From positions 1 through 59,229 of the forward strand of contig CAZAVF010000002.1 in the NCBI GenBank assembly GCA_964488935.1: 59,229 nucleotides of DNA. The letters run 5' to 3'. The stretch is from an uncultured Planctomycetales bacterium. Lineage in GTDB: Bacteria > Omnitrophota > Gorgyraeia > Gygaellales > Profunditerraquicolaceae. Position 1 is the first letter of the stretch. Each line of letters begins with the position of its first letter. Of the stretch, positions 52,797 through 59,229 are shown one piece after another. The notes below the pieces were generated by a model, which had not been told where the DNA came from, searched no databases, and was given only the letters and a program-made list of their open reading frames with translations. A program made the position numbers and the translations under genes.

Positions 52797-53810
52797 ATGA
52801 CGCAGAGACCGGGGAAAGAAAAGGCCGAGGCAGAACTGATTGAGACGGGCAGGGAGCTTTACCGCTGCGGCATGGCGGTGGCGTCCTCCGGTAACCTGAG
52901 CGTACGGCTCGACGATAAATATATCCTGATCACCGCTTCCGGAAGCAGGCTCGGCAGGCTTTGCCCCGAAGACATGGTCTGCGTGGAGCTTGATCCCGGG
53001 GTGTCCGGGGATGGCAGGGCCCCCAGTTCCGAACTGCCGATGCATGCGATGATATATAAAGAATTCCCGGAGATAAAAGCCGTCCTGCATTGCCATCCGC
53101 CTTTCGTAAACGGTTATTTCAGCGTAAGGGATTCTTTCAAGCCGCTTACTTTCGAGGCGTCTTTTTATCTCGGGAATGTCCCGGTGGTGCCGCAGGACAC
53201 CCCCACCGTGACCAGGCCGCAGGAGGTCATCCCGGCCCTGCGGCAGGGGAATCTTATAGTCCTGAAGAACCACGGCATAGTCTCGGCGGCCTGCGATATG
53301 GCCAAGGCCCTTGACCTGGCGCAGACGCTGGAGGAGTCCATAAAGACCGCGGCGCTGGCGCGCCTGTTCTCCTGCGGACCGGGATCTTCGTCCGCGGACG
53401 CGAAAACGGACCGCGCGGCGGCCGCCGGAGAGGCTTACCGGATGTTCTCCCCGGAGCATATAGACGCCATCGTAGACCTGGTGAACAGCGACGCCTTTAT
53501 CTCCGCAAAAGGCAGGGAACTGGAGCTTACCCTGCAGCTTTCGGTGGTGCTGGATGAAGACGGGACCGCTTATAAGTTCTTTTTTCAGCAGGGCAGGATC
53601 GTTTCCGTGGACCGCAATTCAGACGCTCCGTTCGTGATCTCGGCCCCGGCATCGGCCTGGAGAGAGGTCTTCTCCGGACGGCTCGACCCGTTCACGGCGG
53701 TGACCCAGGGGAAAATGAAGCTCAAGGGACAGCTCGGCCAGCTTTCCCGCTGGTACGTGCCGTTCAGCAGGCTGTTCGAGCTTTTCAAACAGGTGCCGGT
53801 ATCGTCATGA
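52797..53810 (+). CDS. Class II aldolase/adducin-family protein fused to a C-terminal SCP2 sterol-carrier-like domain
   Basis: SGNLSVRLDDKYILITASGSRLGRL, ELPMHAMIYKEFPEIKAVLHCHPP (metal His ligands). C-terminal ...FTAVTQGKMKLKGQLGQLSRW resembles the SCP2 GKlkikGdm motif. The start was moved to the ATG at 52797. Confidence 0.75.
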   Translation: MTQRPGKEKAEAELIETGRELYRCGMAVASSGNLSVRLDDKYILITASGSRLGRLCPEDMVCVELDPGVSGDGRAPSSELPMHAMIYKEFPEIKAVLHCHPPFVNGYFSVRDSFKPLTFEASFYLGNVPVVPQDTPTVTRPQEVIPALRQGNLIVLKNHGIVSAACDMAKALDLAQTLEESIKTAALARLFSCGPGSSSADAKTDRAAAAGEAYRMFSPEHIDAIVDLVNSDAFISAKGRELELTLQLSVVLDEDGTAYKFFFQQGRIVSVDRNSDAPFVISAPASAWREVFSGRLDPFTAVTQGKMKLKGQLGQLSRWYVPFSRLFELFKQVPVSS

Positions 53811-55291
53811 ATACCAGGCTTTTCATAGACGGCAGGTTCGTTCCCGGGAGCTTAAGGAAGACAGTGTTCAATCCCTCCAGCGGAGAGCCGTTGTGCGAAG
53901 CGGAGCTGGCCATGGAGCCGGAACTGGAAGCGGCGCTGGAGCGCGCGCGCAGGGCTTGCGATTCCGGCTGCTGGAAGGACTTTTCTCCCGACAGACGGCG
54001 GGAATGCCTGTTTAAGATGGCCTCCGGTATCCGCGAGCGCGCCGCGGAACTGGCGCAGTTGGAGACTTTGAACGCCGGCAAGCCGATAAAAGAGACCACC
54101 TTCATGGACGTCCCTTCTTCCGCCCGGGCCTTTGAGGAGATCGCCGCCCATTTCGAGGAATACCTGATAGATCCGGCGGCGGCAGGGCTCCCGCCCGAGG
54201 CCGAGAGCCGTCTGCTGCGGGAGCCGCTGGGCGTGGTCCTGCTTATCGTCCCCTGGAATTATCCTCTTTTGATAGCCTGCTGGAAACTCTCCTGCGCCCT
54301 TGCCGCCGGCAACTGCGTGATATTGAAACCGTCGTCGCTTACTCCTTTAAGCGCGATAGCCCTGGCCGAAATAGCCTGCGCGGCGGGAATACCGCCGGGG
54401 GTGTTGAACGTGGTCAATTGCGAAGGGGAACTGGCGGGGAGAAAGCTCTGCGCCGACTCCAGAGTAGATATGGTATCGTTTACCGGCAGTAACGAAAGCG
54501 GAGGGACCATCCTCGGGCACACCGCCCTTTCCCCGAAGAAGACGCTGATGGAACTGGGAGGGAAATCCGCAGCCATGGTCTTCGCCGGCAGCGATCTGGA
54601 GACCGCGGTGAACAGCTGCCTGGTCTCCGTGTTCCTGAACCAGGGGCAGATGTGCACGGCGATGTCGCGCATACTGGTGGAAGAGAGCATTTACGACGCT
54701 TTCTGTTCGAAATTCGCCTCCGGGGCCGGAAGGATCTCGGTCGGCGACGCCGCCGATTTCCAGACGCAGATGGGACCGCTTATATCGCAGAGGCAGAGGG
54801 AACTGGTCTCTTCCCGGGTGGAGGAGGCTTTGAGCCGGAAGGCGGAATTGCTTTGCGGGGGCAGGGCGCCGGCAGGAGAGGGCCTTGGCCGCGGGTTTTT
54901 TTACGAACCGACGGTGTTGGCGGGAGTGACCGCGGAAATGGATATCTTCCGCCGCGAGGTCTTCGGACCTGTGGCGGCGCTGTGCAGGTTCAAAGGGCAG
55001 GAAGAGGCGCTGCGTCTTTGCAACGACTCCGATTACGGGCTTGCCGCTTCCATCTGGACGGGGGATGAAGACGCGGCCCTGAAACTTGCGGCGGGGGTAA
55101 ACTCCGGCACGGTCTGGATAAATACCTACGGGATGTTCTATCCGGGGCTGCCGTACGGCGGATTCAAAAAAAGCGGGTTCGGCAAAGAGTTGGGGCTGGC
55201 GGGATTCCTTGAATACACGCGCCTGAAGAACGTGGTGCTGGACAGGAGCGAAGGCGGCAAACCACTGGTGAATTACTGGTACGGTTTCTGA
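53807..55291 (+). CDS. NAD(P)+-dependent aldehyde dehydrogenase
   Basis: VPWNYPLL, ELGGKSA and NQGQMCTAMSR (catalytic Cys) motifs. ATGA overlap with the upstream gene. Confidence 0.9.
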   Translation: MNTRLFIDGRFVPGSLRKTVFNPSSGEPLCEAELAMEPELEAALERARRACDSGCWKDFSPDRRRECLFKMASGIRERAAELAQLETLNAGKPIKETTFMDVPSSARAFEEIAAHFEEYLIDPAAAGLPPEAESRLLREPLGVVLLIVPWNYPLLIACWKLSCALAAGNCVILKPSSLTPLSAIALAEIACAAGIPPGVLNVVNCEGELAGRKLCADSRVDMVSFTGSNESGGTILGHTALSPKKTLMELGGKSAAMVFAGSDLETAVNSCLVSVFLNQGQMCTAMSRILVEESIYDAFCSKFASGAGRISVGDAADFQTQMGPLISQRQRELVSSRVEEALSRKAELLCGGRAPAGEGLGRGFFYEPTVLAGVTAEMDIFRREVFGPVAALCRFKGQEEALRLCNDSDYGLAASIWTGDEDAALKLAAGVNSGTVWINTYGMFYPGLPYGGFKKSGFGKELGLAGFLEYTRLKNVVLDRSEGGKPLVNYWYGF

Positions 55292-55325
55292 ATGGATAAA
55301 GCGTGATTTCTTACAAGGGGGGGGA

Positions 55326-56834
55326 ATGAACGCAGCTGCATTACTGGAAAAACAGGCGCTGGAGCATCCGGAAAAAACGGCTTTCGTTTTCCGGGGAGAG
55401 GAATTCAGTTTCCGGAGGTTAAAGGAGACGGTTTTTCCCTTGGCATCGGCCTTGTCTTCCCGCGGCATAGTCAAAGGGGATAGTGTCGCTTTATACCTGC
55501 CGGGCTGCCCGGAATACATCTTCAGCTACCTGGCTGTCTGGTGTATCGGCGCGACCGCGGTGCCGCTTGATTTTATGCTTACCACCGACGAATTGCTCTC
55601 CTGCCTGGGGCATTGCGGGGCGAAAACGCTGATCATGCGCGAAAAGGCAGGGGTTTCGGCCTGCGGGTTAAAAGAAAGACTGCCCGCGCTCTCTTCGGTC
55701 TTTGTCTGCAATCCCAAAGATACGCCTTTGCCATCCGGAGTATTCCCGTTCAAGGCGCTCCTGGAAAAAGAGCGCGATTTTTCCGGGTTCCCCGTCCCGG
55801 CGGATTCCGATCCGGCGATAATCTTCTACACTTCCGGCACCACCGGCAAGCCCAAGGGCGTGCTCGTAAACTACCGTCAGCTGGAAGCGCCGCCTAAGGC
55901 CATGGAGTATTTCGTGGACCTCAGCGGAAAAGACGCGGCCCTCTGCGCGCTGCCTTTCTCTCATCTCGGAGGTCTGATCTATATCCAGGGCTGCCTCGTG
56001 TATTCGCTTACTTTCGTGCTTATGGAGCGTTTTATTCCTGCGGAGTTCCTGAAGACGGTGGCGGAAAGAAAGATCACCTGTTTCTGGATAGTCCCTTCCA
56101 TGTATTACGCCCTGCTGCAATTGAAAGAGTTCGAGAGTTCCGACCTGTCGAGCCTGCGCTGGGTGGTGACTTTCGGCGCTTCCAGCTCTCCGGAAGCGCT
56201 GCGCAGGTTCCAGAAATTCTGTCCCGGCGCGCAGCTCCTGAACGGCTGGGGCATGACCGAGACCAACGCCCCGACCGTGGTGCTTCCCAGGGGTTCGTCG
56301 AAGATAGAAAGCGTGGGGAGGCCTGCGCCGTGGGTTGACATAAGCATATTGGATGAGAACGACAGGCCTGCGCCCGCCGGCGCGGTGGGCGAAGTGGCGG
56401 TGCGCGGCTGGGTGGTCACCGACGGTTATTTCAAGGACCCGGCGCTGACGGCAGAGAGTATGCGCGGGGGGTGGTTTCATACCGGGGACCTGGGGCGCAT
56501 AGACGCCGAGGGGGATCTTTTCATCGTGGGCCGGAAGAAAGAGATGATCAAGGTCGGGGGGGAGATCGTTTTTGAGCCGGAAGTGGAGTCGGTGTTGCTG
56601 CGTCATCCTGCCGTGGCTGAAGCCGCGGTGGTCGGAGTCCCCGACAAACTGCGCGGGGAAGTCCCCAAGGCATGGGTGGTGCTGAAACAGGAAGCCGCCG
56701 TTTCCGCGGAAGACCTGCGGTATTTCTGCCGCGAACATCTGGCGCGTTTCAAGGTCCCGCACCAGATAGAATTCCTGTCCGTCCTGCCCAAGAACCGCTC
56801 CGGCAAGAACGATAAAGAACGATTGCGCCTGTAG
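55326..56834 (+). CDS. AMP-dependent synthetase/ligase (acyl-CoA synthetase family)
   Basis: IFYTSGTTGKPKGV (AMP-binding motif), GWGMTET, WFHTGDLG, and the C-terminal PKNRSGK. Confidence 0.9.
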   Translation: MNAAALLEKQALEHPEKTAFVFRGEEFSFRRLKETVFPLASALSSRGIVKGDSVALYLPGCPEYIFSYLAVWCIGATAVPLDFMLTTDELLSCLGHCGAKTLIMREKAGVSACGLKERLPALSSVFVCNPKDTPLPSGVFPFKALLEKERDFSGFPVPADSDPAIIFYTSGTTGKPKGVLVNYRQLEAPPKAMEYFVDLSGKDAALCALPFSHLGGLIYIQGCLVYSLTFVLMERFIPAEFLKTVAERKITCFWIVPSMYYALLQLKEFESSDLSSLRWVVTFGASSSPEALRRFQKFCPGAQLLNGWGMTETNAPTVVLPRGSSKIESVGRPAPWVDISILDENDRPAPAGAVGEVAVRGWVVTDGYFKDPALTAESMRGGWFHTGDLGRIDAEGDLFIVGRKKEMIKVGGEIVFEPEVESVLLRHPAVAEAAVVGVPDKLRGEVPKAWVVLKQEAAVSAEDLRYFCREHLARFKVPHQIEFLSVLPKNRSGKNDKERLRL

Positions 56835-56871
56835 CCTGCCGGTAATTGACCGCCCGCCGGCGAGAGGGTAT

Positions 56872-57900
56872 ATGCTCGACATAAAAGATCTGTCTTTAGG
56901 GGAGCTCAAGGAACGGTTTGAGGCCGGAGGTATACGGCCTTTTCACGCGGAGCAGGTTTTTTCCTGGATATACAAGAAGACGGCGGAGACGTTCCGGGAA
57001 ATGAGCGACCTGCCAGCGCCACTCAGGGAATATCTCTCTTCGGCTTTTCTTGTATACGGCGCCGTTGTCGCGCACAGACTGGTCTCAAAGGACGGGACCG
57101 TGAAACTCCTTTCCAGGCTGGCGGACGGGAACATGATAGAATCCGTGCTTATCCCGGCGGAGCGCAGGATGACGGGGTGTATCTCCGTCCAGGCCGGCTG
57201 CAGGCTGCGCTGCGCCTTTTGCGCCAGCGGCGCTCTGGGATTGAAAAGGGACCTGACCTGCGGGGAACTGCTGGAGCAGGTCTGCCGTCTGCAGAAAGAG
57301 GCCGGAGGCCGGCTCACCCACCTGGTCTTTATGGGAACCGGGGAGCCTTTCGAGAATTACGACAATCTTATCAAGGCCGTCAGGATGATCAATTCAAAAG
57401 AGTCATTCCATATCGGCGCCAGGCGCATTACCGTTTCCACGTCGGGCATACTGCCCGGGATAGCCCGTCTCGCCGGGGAAAAGCTGCAGGTCGAGCTTTC
57501 CGTATCTTTGCACGCCGCGGACAATGAATTAAGGAGCCGGCTCATGCCGGTAAACAAGGTTTATCCTTTACCGCGGCTGCTGGCGGCCTGCAGGGATTAT
57601 TCACGCAAGACAGGCAGGCAGGTGACGTTTGAATACATATTGATCAAAGGGGTAAATTCCTCTTTGCCAAACGCGGTTAAATTATGTAAAATATTAAGAG
57701 GCGGGGGATACAAGGTCAATCTGATCCCGCTTAATCCTCTGCCGTCCATGGAATGGCGTCCGCCTTCCGCGGCGGAAACGGCCGTGTTCAGCTCGTTCCT
57801 GCGGAAACATGGCGTGCAGGCCACGGTCAGACAGCCGCGCGGGCGGGACATAGAGGCTGCCTGCGGACAATTGAGACTGCAATACGCGCACAACCGGTAG
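56872..57900 (+). CDS. rlmN: 23S rRNA (adenine2503-C2)/tRNA methyltransferase RlmN (radical SAM)
   Basis: The N-terminus L..LS..EL.......G..PFHAEQVFSWIYKK, then SVQAGCRLRCAFCASG, GTGEPFENYDN and a C-terminal EAACGQL. Confidence 0.9.
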   Translation: MLDIKDLSLGELKERFEAGGIRPFHAEQVFSWIYKKTAETFREMSDLPAPLREYLSSAFLVYGAVVAHRLVSKDGTVKLLSRLADGNMIESVLIPAERRMTGCISVQAGCRLRCAFCASGALGLKRDLTCGELLEQVCRLQKEAGGRLTHLVFMGTGEPFENYDNLIKAVRMINSKESFHIGARRITVSTSGILPGIARLAGEKLQVELSVSLHAADNELRSRLMPVNKVYPLPRLLAACRDYSRKTGRQVTFEYILIKGVNSSLPNAVKLCKILRGGGYKVNLIPLNPLPSMEWRPPSAAETAVFSSFLRKHGVQATVRQPRGRDIEAACGQLRLQYAHNR

Positions 57901-57908
57901 ACCGAGAG

Positions 57909-58577
57909 ATGCGTAGAATAAAAACAGCGGCAACCATATCCGGCATTTGCTCCCTTCCCCTGCTGCTTTTCTTTCTGGCAGGCTGCGTGGATTTTAACAT
58001 CCGCAATCTAAACTCTTCCGGCAAGAACATAATCTGTTTCGGGGACAGCCTTACGGCAGGATACGGGGCCGAGCCCAACAGGTCCTACCCCGTTATTCTC
58101 GCGGGTCTTACTTCATTTAACGTGATAAACGCGGGACTATCGGGAGAGAACACAAGGGAAGCCCTGCAAAGATTAAAGACGGAAGTCATTGACAGGGAAC
58201 CTGTTATGGTGATAGTGGAGTTCGGCGGCAACGATCTCTTAAGTAAACTCCCCCTGGAGGAGACGGTGAAGAACATGGGCGAGATCATAGATACGATCCA
58301 GGAAAGCGGCGCCATGGCGGCGGTGGTGGATATAAGCGTAGACCTGTTGATGGAAGAATACGGACAGGCGTTTCGGTCAATTTGCCGGGAAAAAGGCGCC
58401 ATTTTCATAAGGCGCGTTATGGACGGGATAATCACCGACCCGTCGCTGAAAAGCGATTATCTGCATCCCAACAGTTACGGCTACAGGATCATGGCGCACC
58501 GCATATACCGCGCCATCATGCCTTATTTGAACCGTAACCTTATTGCCAGGAACATAGCGGCAGGCAGGCCGCGTTGA
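57909..58577 (+). CDS. SGNH/GDSL hydrolase lipoprotein (arylesterase/TesA-like)
   Basis: Lipobox LFFLAGC. Block I ICFGDSLTAGYG, block III EFGGND, block V DYLHP. The start was moved to the ATG at 57909. Confidence 0.85.
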   Translation: MRRIKTAATISGICSLPLLLFFLAGCVDFNIRNLNSSGKNIICFGDSLTAGYGAEPNRSYPVILAGLTSFNVINAGLSGENTREALQRLKTEVIDREPVMVIVEFGGNDLLSKLPLEETVKNMGEIIDTIQESGAMAAVVDISVDLLMEEYGQAFRSICREKGAIFIRRVMDGIITDPSLKSDYLHPNSYGYRIMAHRIYRAIMPYLNRNLIARNIAAGRPR

Positions 58578-58594
58578 TCAACCGACTATACTGA

Positions 58595-58623
58595 TTGTTT
58601 TTACATATAAAATAGGGTATAAT
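58595..58623 (+). promoter_or_regulatory. Sigma70-like promoter in AT-rich gap upstream of the prepilin-like gene
   Basis: TTGTTT (58595-58600), 17-nt spacer, TATAAT (58618-58623). A second TATAAT lies at 58652-58657. Confidence 0.45.
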
Positions 58624-58667
58624 TTATATAAACGGACTTATTTATGACTTTTATAATATAGGATCAT

Positions 58668-59102
58668 ATGAGGCGGAACGCTTTTACAATAATGGAACTG
58701 ATGGTGGTGGTGGTAATTATAGGAATATTATCATCACTGGCCGTGCTGGATTTCCAGAAGACGGTGGAGAAGAACAAAGCCAAGACCGCGGAGTACCATC
58801 TTAAAAGCATCTATGACGCCCAGAAAAGGTACAAACTGGACAACGGAGACTACTTTGTATGTTCCAATACCACGGGCGTGGTCAAAGAAGAGGAAATAGG
58901 CAAGGCGTTATTCCCTAATTCAATAAACGCCGATGCTTACAGGAATATAAGCGATACGCTTTTTTCTTACGATATACAGGCCACGGAGGACGGAGGTTAT
59001 ACGGCTACGGCGACGCGTAAATCGGGCATGTGTGCCGGATACGTTGTCAGCATCACCGACGCCGGAGGAGTCCCCGACAAGGAGTGCCCGGTATGGAAAT
59101 GA
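58668..59102 (+). CDS. Prepilin-type N-terminal cleavage/methylation domain protein (type IV pilin / T2SS pseudopilin-like)
   Basis: MRRNAFTIMELMVVVVIIGILSSLAV is the class III signal peptide (F-T-x-x-E) followed by a hydrophobic helix. Confidence 0.85.
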   Translation: MRRNAFTIMELMVVVVIIGILSSLAVLDFQKTVEKNKAKTAEYHLKSIYDAQKRYKLDNGDYFVCSNTTGVVKEEEIGKALFPNSINADAYRNISDTLFSYDIQATEDGGYTATATRKSGMCAGYVVSITDAGGVPDKECPVWK

Positions 59103-59229
59103 AGAATAGGGGATTTTTTATATCGGCCGCGGTAGTGCTGTCCCTCGCCGCCGCCCATTTCTACCCGTGGCATACCGCTTACGCCAAGGATAAATACCTT
59201 AAGTACCTGCCTCAGAACCAGTTTGTGGA
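59099..59229 (+). CDS. Hypothetical protein, N-terminal fragment (runs off the window)
   Basis: ATGA overlap with the pilin-like gene. MKNRGFFISAAVVLSLAAAHF... has a signal/TM-like start and the frame stays open to the window end. Confidence 0.4.
   Translation, partial: MKNRGFFISAAVVLSLAAAHFYPWHTAYAKDKYLKYLPQNQFV

Noticed and set aside
1-59229. CRISPR arrays, rRNA genes, transposons, prophage genes and toxin-antitoxin pairs.
   Set aside because: Scanning by eye found no regularly spaced direct repeats, rRNA-like conserved stretches, transposase or integrase motifs, or typical small TA gene pairs. This is absence of evidence from visual inspection only.

Overview
High-GC (about 60%) bacterial chromosomal window, densely coding and mostly on the + strand. 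It probably comes from an uncultivated lineage; that taxonomic guess is weak. No CRISPR arrays, rRNA genes or mobile-element genes were seen.

Gene order:
- 1-1456: the end of a V/A-type ATPase operon (subunits B and D).
- 1605-1933: tRNA-Val(TAC) and tRNA-Asp(GTC).
- 2108-11999: housekeeping and miscellaneous genes. These are a tRNA-binding protein, a YkgJ Cys-cluster protein, a DUF2156 protein, a transglutaminase-like lipoprotein, a PilZ protein, an endonuclease III-like protein, an FmdB zinc ribbon, an M20 peptidase, a PAC2 protein and a UPF0280 protein.
- 12004-33411: a 16-gene co-directional, translationally coupled glycan-type locus. It holds a GT4, a WecA/MraY-type phosphotransferase, an FAD oxidoreductase, a Wzm/Wzt-like ABC-2 exporter, a clan GH-A-like hydrolase and GT2 enzymes. 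It is unusually packed with radical SAM (rSAM) genes.
- 33789-38116: a GT2 followed by a compact RiPP-style cassette of rSAM/SPASM, an unannotated 53-aa Cys-rich peptide ORF (35590-35751), an HPr-kinase-like P-loop protein, PqqD and a second rSAM/SPASM.
- 38133-40756: three tandem paralogous secreted proteins.
- 40843-45092 (minus strand): a flippase, an NTP_transf_5 nucleotidyltransferase and a GT39-like enzyme.
- 48928-56834: an operon that reads as a 5'-deoxyadenosine/MTA 'DHAP-shunt' salvage route plus an aldehyde dehydrogenase and an acyl-CoA ligase.
- 56872-59229: rlmN, an SGNH lipoprotein and prepilin-like genes.

The most interesting signal is nine non-housekeeping rSAM genes within 17 kb, fused to or interleaved with glycosyltransferases, ending in the peptide-maturation cassette with its candidate precursor.

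All family calls come from reading motifs in the translations by eye. No database search was run.
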